Positions 39,372 through 52,928 are shown, numbered from the stretch's first letter. The stretch is 64,000 nt of DNA from Lama glama (GCA_028534125.1 CM052817.1:10976001-11040000); one strand, 5' to 3'. Numbers and translations: made by a program. The notes: generated by a model from the sequence alone, not told the origin.

Positions 39372-39532
39372 CTATCTATGACCCTGGGAGGCAACCAATA
39401 TCCACCAAAGCAACATGACAGTTCCGAACAGCCAAACTGACGGGACAGCTTGCAACAGCTCAGCTTGAGCTAACACTACTGGACTGGCTGAGAGTTGAAT
39501 CGTGTTTATGCTTCTGCACCTGCATTCAGCCC
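39372..39532 (-). other. Candidate spliced exon (161 nt), coding status unknown
   Basis: Acceptor ccttctcctag| and donor TAG|gtgaga; one frame stays open to a stop at the last codon. Confidence 0.3.
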
Positions 39533-40168
39533 CTAGGAGAAGGCATTGCATCCTCTCTTCTTTTACGGGGAAGTTTGGAGAAGGCATTTCTCTCTCTCTC
39601 GCTCTCACTCTCGCTCTCATACCATGCAGGTCTCAAGATTCAAATTCAAGGCCAGATTATAGTCTCCAATCTATCTTTCACCAGGTAATGAAAGGTGGAT
39701 TCTTGGAAGGCTGCCTGACATCAGTTAATACAGCCGTTCTTCATTCATCACTGGCTATTGGTCCCTAGGTGTATATTCCACTGGTCAGAAATTCGGAGAA
39801 GAGGAAAGCTGTGTGGCTCCCTGAACTACCATAGAATACTTTGCACTAATCAAAATCATCTTTTTCTAACAATATTTAATAACATGGTAAAATATTTACA
39901 ACATAATTGTAAGTGAAAAAAAGCTTAGTGTTTAAGAGGGTATGCAGTGTGGTTTCAGTTTTGTTTTATAAATGAAAGAATAATGAAAGAAAATATCCCC
40001 CAAATGTGTATCTTCCTGGCTTAGAGAGATGACGCTGCAGAAGATTTCTATTTTTGATCATTATTCTTTCAAAATGCTTTACAATGAACAAAGACATTTA
40101 TAAACAGTTCAAAAATATATTATGGTAACAATTTAAATATTTATTCTAACCAAGGCAGGGCTCTATAC

Positions 40169-40475
40169 CAGTGATGCTCAACAGGAATATAATGCAAGTC
40201 ACATAGGTAATTTTAAATTGTGAAAATATAAAGAAACTAGTAAAATTAATTTTAATAATATATTTTATGTAACCCAGTATACCAAAACATTGTCATTTGA
40301 AATATGAACTTAATGTAAAATAATGAGATACTTTATATTCTGTCTTTTGTACCAAATCTTTAAAAAAAAGTAGGGTAGATTTTAAACATAGAGCACTAGC
40401 TGTATTTCAGACTGGCTCCATTTTAATGTCTCAGTAGCCACGTGTGGCCAGTGGTTGCTGAAATGGACAGCGCAG
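40169..40475 (+). mobile_element. MER33 MITE
   Basis: aatataatgcaagtcacata...aaattaattttaataatatatttta...tagccacgtgtggccagtgg...tggacagcgcag. Confidence 0.85.
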
Positions 40476-41855
40476 CGCCAGGCACTAGAAACAGAAGAAT
40501 CAATGTCGAAAACCTGTTGCCAGGAAAGTAGAGGTCTCCCCTAGTGTGATTTGTATCTTAATGTTCTCACGTAGTCATATTTTAAAGTTAAGATGATAAA
40601 TATTCATCCTTTACTCATCTTTTGCTCACTGAGACATCATCCTGGGTCAGGCACTTGGCTGGTGGCTAAAGATAATGAGGTGAAGGAAAGGGATCCTTGA
40701 CCCTCTGGTGGCCCACCATCCAATGAGAGAGATGGACCAAAATGGATGGTTGCAACAGCACATTGCAGATGCGATAATTACACATCGTATGGGATGACTG
40801 ACACGTGGATGTGTACAGTGGCACTCATAGCACAGACTCCTGCAGGGGGAACAGGTGAGCAGCACCGAAGATGAATGGAGAGTCTTGGCAGAGGCAGTAG
40901 AATGGGCAGCGGGCAGGTGCCTAAAGGGGCAGGTCTCTCTCGGGGAACGGGGCAAGGTCAGAGGTGTGTGGATCACAGGCTACATCTGGAATAGAGAGAG
41001 AGCAGAGGCCACGGGGTACAGAAATAACAGAAGAGACAGGAATAGATTTGTGTTATAGGAAGACCATTCTGGCTCTATGGAGGGTGAATTGGAGCCAAAG
41101 AGAGACTGGCCATGTGAGGATCGATTAGGAAAAGAGAACCTTGTCTACGGACAGCAGAAGCTGCCTAATCTGCGTGCTGGAGACAGTGATCGCCAGGGAT
41201 CAGCAACCCCACCAGCCACACTGATCAGCCCAAGGAAGGAGCTTGAGCTTGAATCTCTCTCCGTAACCAGCCCAGCTGCCCTGCCCAGGCCCATTGCTCC
41301 TCAGGGCTGGGGCCCCACGCTGACCCCTTGCCTTGACTTGGGGATCTCCTGGGGCCTAACCCACCTTGTCAGGCCCTACCCTAGTGCCCAGGTCTGGACA
41401 GAACCACACTGCCCATCTACCCATCTGCCTTCTTGAATTTTCTCTCTTGCTAGGAGGCAGAGGGAGGGGAGTCATTTCCAGTCTTGCCTCTTATATATTT
41501 TTTCCTTCTCAAATTTAATATCAGACTGATTAGAAAAAGTCTCTTTAAAAATGCCAAGGCACTCATCTTTTCCTTCTAATGCCAAAAACATATTTCCAGC
41601 CAATATCATTTCTTATATTTACTACAAATGTCTGGTACACACCAAAAAATATTAGAATTATTATTCACATGTGTAGAACACTTTTAGCTTCCAAGACACT
41701 TCCCTGGTTTCCCATTTGCTTTTTTTCCCAACCCCTGCTCGGGACATGCCAGGCCCTTCTTGACCTGATGTCCTCACTGCCTCCTCTCCCACCACCCCCA
41801 TCTCAGACCCTGATTTGTAACCAGACCTTTAGCTCCTGGATTGCATCACACTCTC

Positions 41856-42797
41856 TTTTTTTTTTTAATTGAAGTATATTTGATTAATGGTGTTACATTA
41901 GTTTTTGGTGTACAGCATGATGATTTAGTCATGTACATATTTATATTCATATATATGTATATATTTTCAGATTCTGTTCCATTATAGGTTATTACAAGGT
42001 ATTGAATATAGTTCCCTGTGCTAGACAGTAAATCCTTGTTGTTTATCTAGTTTATATATAGTAGTTTGTATCTGCTAATCCCAAACTCCTAATTTATCCC
42101 TCCCCCAGCTTCCCATTTGGTAACCGGAAGTTTGTTTTCTATGTCTGTGAGTCTGTTCTGTTTTGTAAATAAGTTCATTTGTGCCATTTTTTTTAGCTTT
42201 CACATATAAATGATATCATGTGACATTTGTCTTTGACTGACTTCACTTAGTATGATAATCTCTAGGTCCATCCATGTTGCTGCAAATGACACTATTTCGT
42301 CATTTTTAATGGCTGAGTAGTATTCCATTGTATGTATATGTGTGTGTGTGTGTGTATACACACACACATACGTACACAACTTCTTTACCCAGTCACCTGT
42401 TGATGGACATTTAGGTTGCTTCTATGTATTGGCTATTGCAAATTGTGCTGCTGTGAACATTGGGGTGCATGTGTCTTTTTGAATTAGAGCCCCTCTGGAT
42501 ATATGCCCAGGATTAGGATTGCTGATCATATGGTAACTCTGTTTTTAGCTTTTTAAGGAATCTCCATACTGTTTTCCATAGTGGCTGCACCAAATTACAT
42601 TCCCACCAACAAGGTAAGAGGGTTCCTTTTTCTCCACACTTTCTCCAGCATTTATCCTTTGTAGACATTTTAATGATGGCCATTCTGACCAGTGTGAAGT
42701 GATACCTCATTGTAGTTTTGATTTGCATTTCCCTGATAATTAGCAATGCTGAGCATCTTTTCATGTGCCTACTGGCCATCCCTATGTCTTCACTGGA
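41856..42797 (-). mobile_element. 5'-truncated L1 (ORF2 C-terminus, 3' UTR and poly-A)
   Basis: ORF 42513-42800 reads ...[14 protein letters not shown]...[11 protein letters not shown]...[11 protein letters not shown], the L1 ORF2p cysteine-rich end. Poly-T at 41856; TSD cacac(t/c)ctcttt at 41847-41858 and 42798-42809. Confidence 0.95.
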
Positions 42798-43196
42798 CAC
42801 ACCCTCTTTCTCTCACCCCTGTCTGCACCAATGCACATGCTATACCTTTTGCCTAGAAAGCCTCACCCTACCTCCTTCACCTTGTTCATCTATTTTCTGC
42901 CTAAGCTTCCCCCCTTGAACATTATCAAGCCCATCCCAGCCCCACCTCAGGCTGCGTTAGGTGCCCCCTCCCTTGGGCTCCTTAGCAACTTGTGCACACC
43001 CTCCCCTCTCCCCTGGGCTCCCCACACTGGATTAGAAGGGCTTGCCTGTGTCTCCGCCTGCCTCCTGCTCACGAGACTATGAGCAGCAGGTGGACACATC
43101 GTGTGTTTTATTCATCCTCTTTTCTCCTTGTCCTGAGTCCAGCACACATGTTGAAAAGACGAAAAGTATCATAATCTTACTCTTGGTAACAGGAGC

Positions 43197-43653
43197 ATGG
43201 TGAGTGGAGTAGTGGCCCCCAAAATGTATGTCCAAGTCCTAACCCCTGTATCTGTGAGTGGCCTTACTTGGAAATAGGGTCTTTGCAGATGTAATTAAGG
43301 CTCTCCAGAGGAGATCATCCTGGATTTGAGTGGGTCCTAAATTAAATGGCTGGTGTCCTTATGAGGAGAGGAAAGGCCAGACAGAGATGCACAGAGAGAA
43401 GGCCATGTGATGATGGAGCAGAAATTGAAGTGATGTGTCTATGAGCCAAGAACACCAAAGATTGGTGGCAACTACCAAAGTGTTGGGGAAAAAGAAGGGA
43501 GGGTTCTCCCTCAGAGCCTGCAGAAGGAGTGTGGCCCTGCCAACACCCCATTTTCAGAATCCTGGCCTCCAGAAGAGTGAGAGAATACATTTTGGTTATG
43601 TTAAGCTACCACATGCATGGCAATTAATTATAGCAACTCTAGAAAATGAACAC
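43197..43653 (+). mobile_element. MLT1C-like solo LTR
   Basis: ggaaatagggtctttgcagatgtaattaag...gtgtggccctgccaacacc...tagaaaatgaacaca. Confidence 0.85.
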
Positions 43654-44506
43654 AAGAGATCACTGTGAAATGGATATGAACATACATATGATGCTTATGT
43701 TCTTGAGCAAAAATTTGCCTGCTTCCGATATTGTCCGATTTTGGAAATTCCCATAAATGTCTAATGCACTCCACTCTCTCTGCACCCCAACCCACACTTG
43801 TGTGAATCACCCATGATGGGAAAGAAAGTGTCATGCTAGAAACAAGCAGGTTCATTTTCTTGACTTAACTGCCCTGTTTCCCCAGCTCTCCCCCGACTCG
43901 GCTATATCCCGGTCCCCAGAGTGGAGTTGGATCAGATACTGTGACCTTGTGTATCCCCAGTTCCCATCACAGCTCTTCCTTCCCTCCCAGCCTTTGACCA
44001 CTGGCTCTCTTTCCAACACCCAGTACCGCAGGCTTGTCCTCTAGGCCACATGCCTCTCCCTGGGCAAGCTCCATGATCACTCCATCCCAGCCCGACCTTG
44101 CAGCTCCAGGCTGCACTCCAGGCAGCAGGGACTCCAGAAAACAGAATCTGCCAGCATGTAATGAGCAAACGTGTTTTCCACATTTTCCATGAGCAATCAA
44201 TACACTGATAATGACCGTAATTGCTAATTTCAAGCAGAATTAATTTTAAAAGGGTGATCTTTTCTTGTCTACCTACAACATATTTTCAAGTTCAAAATCA
44301 TATACATTATCTTTAAGGATGCCATTGGTCCTCAAAGCATTTTCTTCTTTCTTTCTTCATCTGAAACTTGGGAACTATCTGAATAAATACGAAGACAGGC
44401 TGTCCTCCGCAAATGGTATCGTTTGAGATACATGGTTTTAAAAAGTCAATATCTAATCCCACCATAATTGATTTGCTAATTGCATGAAGGTAGGTAATAT
44501 TCTTAC

Positions 44507-44759
44507 CGTTCAGCTCACCCAGCACCTCCATCTCCCCCTCCAAAAAAAATTAGATTCCAAGAATTTAGGAACGGCAAACCAAGAGAAGAGTCCACGTTCC
44601 CGGAATGCAGTGGGAGATTTTATCCTTAGGAATATGCCTATGTGGAAATAAGATCCACGCCAAGCAGCAGCATTAGCAGTTCTCTCCATGATGCAGGAAA
44701 AGCACCTTTGAGAACTCCAAGGTTTATTTTTGTAATTTTGACACAATTCAGTAATTTTC
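44507..44759 (-). other. Candidate exon (first or internal) with ACG|gtaaga donor
   Basis: Donor at 44507/44506 and possible acceptor ctctgaccttcag| at 44760. A GC-box (44833-44842) and a CpG cluster lie just upstream on the minus strand. Confidence 0.25.
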
Positions 44760-45764
44760 CTGAAGGTCAGAGGGCCGGCAGCAGTTGGCTGGTTTCCTCT
44801 GATTCGCAACAGTAACATCGTTCCTGGCCGGTCCTCCCGCCCTGGTTCCGAGTCTTGTCAGCCTCCCTCCTGCTATTTCTAAAGCCTCTTGCCCCCTCCC
44901 TTCCCACAACCTCTCAATCCATCCACCCAGAGATGCTAGAGCGTCTTTCCAAAGTGCTCATTTAAACAGGTCACTGACCTCTTTAAAACTTAACTCTCAT
45001 CATTGCCTTGGGGTTAAAATCTGAACAGCTTGCAGGGCACCTGAGGGTCCCACCCATCCTCAGCCATGCAGCCTCACCCTTCCTCTAGCGGCAGGTGCAC
45101 CTGAGCTCAAACCACAGGGGAGTCCTCGAATTTCCGGAGCCTTTCTCTCCAGGCCGGTTTACAGCATCTCCCACCTAAGGGATGGTTCAGTTGTGCACTT
45201 GCCTATTGTTCTCTTACTTCCTTTGCTTTTGAACACTGCAGTCACTTCCCCTGCAAATTTCTTTACATTTAAACTCTTTTTTTTTTTAACTTTCATTTGT
45301 TTTATTTTTATTGGTATTAAAATCCTGAAAAGACTGAAAAAAAAAAAACAAAACAAGCTCCTCCAATGGAAGAAAAATGTTTTTTAAAAAAATGTGTGCT
45401 AACCATCTTGGGTTTTGTTGTAGAATGTCCTTGTTCTGCGAGACCCTTGCCCAAATATTAGGCTAAGGTGTCAAGGTGTCTGCAACTTCTTTCTCAAATG
45501 ATTCGGTTAAAGAAAAAAAAAGTGAATGTGAGAGGGTAAAAATTTTTCAACGGAATTTTCAGTAAACTCATCATGGACAATTGGGTCCTAAATGAGCCGA
45601 CATTGGGAGAAGCCAGTGCACCTGTTAGCCTCGGGGGTCCTTATCCTGCTCCCTCGCCGTCAGTCAGTCTCTGGGGCCCCAGGCCAGACACCCCCTTGAC
45701 CTTCTATCTGCTCCTCCTTGCTCTCCAGCAGACTTGTTCTCCCTCCTTTACAATAATGCTCTGC

Positions 45765-45917
45765 TTTTTTTGTTTGTTTATTTGTTTTGTTGAGGGGGAA
45801 GTAATTAGTTTCATTTATTTATTGATTTATTGATGGAGGTACTGGGGATTGAACCCAGGACCTTGTGCATGCTAGGCATGCATTCTATTCCTGTGCTATA
45901 TGCTCGCCCTGCCCCCC
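45765..45917 (-). mobile_element. tRNA-Ala-derived SINE (vic-1-like)
   Basis: tggaggtactggggattgaacccaggaccttgtgcatgctagg is identical to the stretch in the 15216 copy. Confidence 0.85.
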
Positions 45918-48529
45918 AACGATGCTGTTTTCTTCATTCCTACAATTATTGCGTCCGGGGCTGCAGTCAGCTTCCCAGGAGGAATCTGAGAGCTCTCCGT
46001 GCCTAGGATCAGCCACACAAAAGGGGTTCAGACATTTTCCTAGAGAGAATTAGTGAAGTGATGAGGAAACGGGTGAAAAGATAACACCTATTTTGTACAG
46101 AACTACATTTTTTACTCACTAGGGCACTTGGGAAAAAGAGGTAAAAAGAAAGAAACGGGGCCCAGAAGAGCTCACACTTAGGGAGCCTGAGGACTTGAGT
46201 CTGCAAGTACAAGAAACAGGCTCTGGAACTGAGTTTCTTGCTGTGTTGCTGTAACCGAATTGAGCTGTATGGACCCTGCTCGGCCCCAGCCCGGCCAGGC
46301 TCTCTGCTCCAGGAGGGATTTAATTTTAAAGGGTAAAGACAAAGAGGGGAGGAAGGGACTAATGACTGGGAGGCATGTGCATTCATCTACTGGGGAAGGG
46401 GAAGGGCTTTTCAGGAGACAGTGGAGAGCCACCCCCTTTTCACCCTTTTTTGGTCCTTAATTCCCCATCCTGGCTGCTGGTAGGTGTGCCATTTAATATG
46501 CTAATGTGGTCACATCAGCGTATAATGAGACTTAAGTTCTCATGGAGGTCAGATTCCACGCTGTCTTGGTCCCAGCTGGTTCCATCTGGGTTTTTTTTTT
46601 GTTTGTTTATAGCTTCCTTTCTTATCTCTGGACCCTTTAACTTAAAGATTTTTGTTAACTCCTGCTAAAGGTAGGGGGTTGGCAGGTTTTGAGTGAAGAC
46701 ATGCCTGCTAAAGGTGGGGTGATGGGTTTTGAGCTAAGACCTGGGGCAGCTCTGGCAACACTGGGTCGAGAGCCATCCCAGCAGACAGCCATGAGGACAA
46801 GCTCTCTGGACGCAAGGGTGTGGACACTGGGAACCGAGGAAAGATCCCTGGGTGTGCCTGGTCGTTCTCAGACTTGTCAGGGTGTTCTAGCTGCAGCCTA
46901 ATGCGTCCCCGGTGAGGGTTAGGCATCCTCTGAGGCGATGGCTTTGAGTCTTTTCCACAGGATCTCTTCAGAGCAGCAGTTCTCACAAGGCAAGTTCACA
47001 CCCCCATGTTACAGCAGACCCTCTTACGGGCAAGAATGCTCTCAGCCCTCCAAACAGAGAAGGTGAAGAAATGAACATCTCCAGCTTCCAGTGAAGCCCG
47101 AGTGAGGGGGCTTTACAGACGCCTCACCTCAGACAGTCCTATCATCTAGTACCTTGTTTGACATCATCTTCACACCCATCACGTCCTTTAATAAATCTTT
47201 TCTCCATTGTCCAACCTCAGCTCATCATAACACAAAACACCTTCGACTTTAAAGTGGCCTCTAAAAACCATTTCCAAATTCTACAACATCTTTCTTATTG
47301 GATAACCTATCGATGGGTAGATCACCTTCAAACTCGTCAACTAACTTTTTAAACGTAAGCTTTGGGGAACTGGATCATAATCTGGGTTCTCACTCACCCC
47401 TTCTCATAACCAGCTTCTAACTCTGTACATCGAGAGAAGGCAGAGACAGGTGGAAACCACATAGCCCTTGCAGAAACACCAGCCTGTATGAGCTTTATTA
47501 CAAGTACCCATCATGTCTCCAAACTTTATTCTTCAGCTCTAATGAAATAACAGCAAGTATGCCAACCTCAAAAACCTGTCTTGAGTGGCCAAGTGATGTA
47601 ACTGCTGACTGCCCAGCACCATGCACATGGCAGGAGACGCTCAAAGATGCCAGTCCCCTCCCTGCTTCTAACGGTAATAAATTTAGGCTGGTCTTTACTG
47701 GGCACTTTCTTTGTGCCTTATATGCAGTGACTCATTAGTCCTCACAGCAGTCCCATGAAATGGGTTTATTTCATAAATGAAACTTGGGACAAAAGGAGTT
47801 AAAAGTGGCAAACCAAACACCAAAAAGCTACAGGCTAGAGATGACTCTACTGCAACAGAAGAACTTTGAACAGTTACACTAAAATTCTTTTCAAAGTTTC
47901 AAAACAGGCACTGTGAGGTCACGGAAACAATAACAGATGACAGATCCAAAGCCTTGGGCTCCTGTCCTGATCTCATCACTTACTAATCTTATGACTATTA
48001 TGGGAAACCCTCCAAAAGCCCACAAAGGGGTTTGAGGCTTCTGTGTTTCCCCTTCTCCTGGGCACATATGCACTTGCTAGATGGAGACCACTGATTTGAA
48101 AGCAAGGAATGCCAAGCTCCCTGTGTCCCTCCCTCAGAGATGGGATACACATCTGCAGTGAGAGAGGAATATAAATACCATCTGCAAATTTCCTGCCTCA
48201 AATGCCCCTTTGTTTAGAAATCTGGCTTGCTTAGCTATATCCTCAGAAAGGCAAAATGTAAGTTCTAATCAGATGTCCACGTGGGCTCACAATTTATGAT
48301 CCTATGGAAAATTTTAAAGGCAGCTGTTTATCTGCTACCCTTATAGAACCAGTCGCTCCAAGGTCTTGGCTGCAGACTCCAGGCAAGACTCCACTGACAT
48401 TCTCCCCAGTGCCTCCCCACCCCACTGAGTAAAACTGGGGCTCAGGAACATTTGACTTGGGAAGATCACAACCCACCCCCAGCAGGAGGTAGTAACTGGA
48501 TATTAGAGCCTGGCAGTATATGCAGAAGG

Positions 48530-49022
48530 TGTTGTGGAATTTAGCCGGCTGGTGTGCAAGTGGTGAAAGAATTTACCAAAGACAAAGGATTTAGAGAGAA
48601 CAGGAGATTATTAGATACACTGCTACAGGCAGCAGCGGCCACAGATGGGAGGTGCCTGTGTGCTCCGAGTCAGCTGCTGAGGTCTTTTACAAGAGAGGGA
48701 AACCTTTAAAAACTCCTTGTGCTTACGTGACATCAGGCACAGAGCAGGTCACAGGGTGAGTGATCAGCTAGTGCACAGTTCTCTGACTGGTTGATGTTGA
48801 GGGAATAGGAAAGGGAGCGGGTATGAAAGAGTAGGGCTAGGGATTTTGACAGGAGGTTGTGCCTGGTCCTGGTGGCTAGGCTTCCAGCCATTGGGAGGTT
48901 GATCAATGTCTACAGTAGTTAGATCAGCTAAGGGAGGTACGTATTAAGAAAGGAATGTTCTCTGTTATCTTTAAAAGGCAGCAACTGGACACTGGAGGGG
49001 CCTTGGAGCAGGAATCTGCCAG
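48530..49022 (-). mobile_element. Probable ERV LTR running into the gap
   Basis: Abrupt tgttg start (CAACA 3' terminus on the minus strand) with LTR-like composition; the other terminus is not visible. Confidence 0.5.
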
Positions 49023-49522
49023 NNNNNNNNNNNNNNNNNNNNNNNNNNNNNNNNNNNNNNNNNNNNNNNNNNNNNNNNNNNNNNNNNNNNNNNNNNNNNN
49101 NNNNNNNNNNNNNNNNNNNNNNNNNNNNNNNNNNNNNNNNNNNNNNNNNNNNNNNNNNNNNNNNNNNNNNNNNNNNNNNNNNNNNNNNNNNNNNNNNNNN
49201 NNNNNNNNNNNNNNNNNNNNNNNNNNNNNNNNNNNNNNNNNNNNNNNNNNNNNNNNNNNNNNNNNNNNNNNNNNNNNNNNNNNNNNNNNNNNNNNNNNNN
49301 NNNNNNNNNNNNNNNNNNNNNNNNNNNNNNNNNNNNNNNNNNNNNNNNNNNNNNNNNNNNNNNNNNNNNNNNNNNNNNNNNNNNNNNNNNNNNNNNNNNN
49401 NNNNNNNNNNNNNNNNNNNNNNNNNNNNNNNNNNNNNNNNNNNNNNNNNNNNNNNNNNNNNNNNNNNNNNNNNNNNNNNNNNNNNNNNNNNNNNNNNNNN
49501 NNNNNNNNNNNNNNNNNNNNNN
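49023..49522. other. Assembly gap (500 N)
   Basis: Exactly 500 N, probably a placeholder size. Confidence 0.99.
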
Positions 49523-51850
49523 ACACACTATGCCAGAAGGTTGTTGTGAGGATTAAACTGGCGATTATATGTAAAGCATTCAGAATGATGTTTGCCACAC
49601 ATGTAAGTGGTGGTAATCATTCCGTGAAAGCACCTAAAAAGTCAAAACTCACCCAGAGATACTGGTATACTACGGAATGAACCGTATCCACAAGTTTTCT
49701 GTTAATTTTCTAGCAAAAGCCTAGAAGTAGACTTTTAGAGCATTTCAAAGTATGCCCGGCCCAAGTCACCAAGTCAAGGTCCCCATTCTTCTTTCCATCA
49801 CCCTGAGCAGCAGAAAGGATGACCACTTCCTGAGCATGGTGGTGATGACTGGAACCACGTGTTATAATGGGAGAGCATTTTCTAGTGCATGAAGCACTGT
49901 GTGAGCACTAACATTAACCCTTCAGTGGTCACCCCCAAGTCAGTCACAGACCATCATTCTCTGCTGCCCCCTCTCAGAGGCAGACGTGGAAAGGTCCAGG
50001 CCACAAAACACCACAAGCCAGCAATAAAAAAATCCTCACGATTTCTGAAAAATCACTGTGGAATTTACCCCCAAACCCTCACTGAATCAGTTCCTGGGAC
50101 CCAATGTCTGAACAATCTATAAACTGTGACCTCAATAAATCAATGACTTCAAGTGTCAAAAAAAAAAACAACTTTAAGTCAGTGACTTAAACTTCAAAAC
50201 ACACAAATAGACACAAGCCACATGCATGCAAATCCCATGGGAGAGCGCAGGGGGAGAGACCCTGGTCACCAGCAGCTCCGGGCACCCAGTAGACCCCGCG
50301 TGAGCATCACATCTGCAGGTCACTTCACTTCCAGCCTGGAGCTCATCAGGTGACATCACCTAGCACGTCTGAGGCTCTCCAGGAGCATTTGTCACAGTTG
50401 GAGCTCCCTGAGCACCTTCTTCTACGTTATACAGCTTTGAAACCTCAAACTACCCTCCATGATAGGCATTTTTACTTACACTCTTCTTTCACCATCAGAG
50501 AATGTGAAGTCCTTATTGGTTCCAGGATTTGCCCCAAATTACAACCAGGCTAATAAATGATACAAATGGAACCCATATCTGTGTCTTGAGACTCAAGATG
50601 AGTGTGTGTGATGCTGTGGCTAAGTATAACAAAATTAAGAAGTGACATGGATTTGTTTATATTCGACTGGCGCACACATCCCCACTCTATGGGCCTTGCC
50701 ATGGTATACGCAGTTGTAGCAAAAATACGTTTTCACACTTTGATCAAAATTGGGCAGTGTGCTTAAGAAGGTCACAGTATGCTAGCAGCAGGCCGGCTGA
50801 GGGCCTGTCTCCATAGTGAGATTCGTCTCACTAAGGAAGCGGAGAAGGGAGGTGGGGTTCTGGGAGGAATAACGCAGTAGGGTGTAGGCTTGTCAGGCTC
50901 CCCTCCCCCACCTTCCCCAAATCCTCCCTGCGCCCTACTCCTCCAGAGGCTGCAGGGTTTCTTTTCATCCCTTAATTCCAGGCAGTTGTGCTGACTCTCC
51001 ATTTCCTCACCTCCCACTCACTCCAATCTGCCTTCCCAGCCCCGCTCATGAAATTGTTCTCTCTGGTACAAAAGAATTTTTTTCCCTTCACTTATGAATG
51101 CCATTAGTACCACAGAATAGAAGCACTAGCCTTTCCTTTTGTTATTTCAATCAAATCACTAATTTGTATTCATTATAAGCTGACTGGAAAAAATAGATAA
51201 GAAAAATAAAAAATGATTTAAGGTTTTAAATCACCCAGAATTCCACAACCAAGAGATAATCATTATTAGCATTATTAGCATACAATCATCATATGTTGGT
51301 GTAGATCCTTCCAGACTTTCCCTGCATGCCAACACATATCTACGTACATATTTTTACAAAGCGATACCAGGATATAACAATTTTAGAGACTCAGTGAGGT
51401 ATCATGCACAACTTTTCAAGTTAATACATAAAAGCACATAAACATCATCATGAATTTGGTGTAAACTATTTAATTCATTCTGTACTGCTGAACATTTAGG
51501 TGGTTTCGAAATTTTTGAGATTATGGGCAGCACATATGAGCATTCTCGAACAGACATATTTGGTCCCTTGCATAAAGCACCAAGGAATGATAAACATTTC
51601 TTTAGGATAAATGCTAACCCATATCTGATTATCTCATTTAGCGTTGAGAGTCCCTTGATGGTTCCCCTCGACTTTTAGGATAAATTTTAAGTGCATTAGC
51701 TGAGCCTACTCTTAGTCTTCTCCGCCTCGGCCCCTTCCCTTCCCACCAACACTGTGGGCACCTTCTGCTGTGTTTGCCCTTTTGTGCCTTTCCTCTGCTT
51801 CACGTATCCTTTCTCTCTTCTTTCTCCAGCTTCAAAATATCACCTTGTTC

Positions 51851-52928
51851 AAAACAAAATGACAACCTACACAATGGGAGAAAATATTTGCAAAAGATGA
51901 GACTGGCAAGGGCTTGATTTCCAGAATATACAAATAGCTTATACAACTTAATAAGAAAAAAACAAACTACCCAATCCAAAAAAGGGCAGAAGACCTAAAC
52001 AGGTAGTTCTCCAGTGAAGACATGCAAATGATCATAGGCTCGTGAAAAAACGCTCAATATCGCTAATCATCAGAGAAATGCAAGTCAAAACTACCATGAG
52101 GTATCACCTCACACCAGTCAAAAAGGCCATCATTCAAAAGTCCACAAATGGTAAATGCTGGAGAGGCTGTGGAGGAAAGGGTATCCTCTTACACTATTGA
52201 TGGGAATGCAGTTTGGTGCAGCCATTATGGAAAACAGTATGGAGATTCCTCAAAAGACTAAAAATAGACTTACCATATGACCCAGCAATCCCAATCCTGG
52301 GCATATACCCAGAGGGAACCTTAATTCAAAAAGACACCTGCACCCCAGTGTTCATAGCAGCACTATTTACAACAACCAAGACATGGAAACAACCTAAATG
52401 TCCATCAACAGATGACTGGATAAAGAAATTTCAGGTATTTATACAATGGTATACTATTCAGCCTTAAAAATTAATAAAATAATGCCATTTGCAGCAACAT
52501 GGATAGCCCTGGAGAATGTCATGCTAAGTGAAGTAAGCCAGAAAGAGAAAGAAAAATACCATATGAGATCACTCATATGTGGAATCTTAAAAAAAAAGAC
52601 GAACTTATTTACAAAACGGAAACAGACTCACAGACATAGAAAACAAACTTATAGTTACCAGCAGGGAAGTGGGTGGGAAGGGATAAACTGGGAGTTCAAG
52701 ATTTGCAGATACTGATGGGGATATATAAAATAGATAAATAAGTTTATACTTTACAGCACAGGGAACTATATTCAATATCTTGTAGCTTACGGTGAAAAAG
52801 AATATGAAAAAGAATATATGTATATTCATGTATGAATGAAGTATTGTGCTGTACACCAGAAATTGACATGACATTATAAACTGACTATACTTCAATAAAG
52901 AAGTTAGAATAATTAATTAATTATTTTT
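51851..52928 (+). mobile_element. 5'-truncated L1 (ORF2 C-terminus and 3' UTR)
   Basis: ORFs [32 protein letters not shown] and MPFAATWIALENVMLSEVSQ; perfect 15-bp TSD aatatcaccttgttc at 51836-51850 and 52929-52943. Confidence 0.96.

Noticed and set aside
46661..46743. Degenerate ~42-bp tandem duplication (cctgctaaaggt...ggttttgag..aagac)
   Set aside because: Only two diverged units; an ordinary local duplication.
48924..49680. 185-241-aa ORFs
   Set aside because: Artefacts of translating through the N gap.
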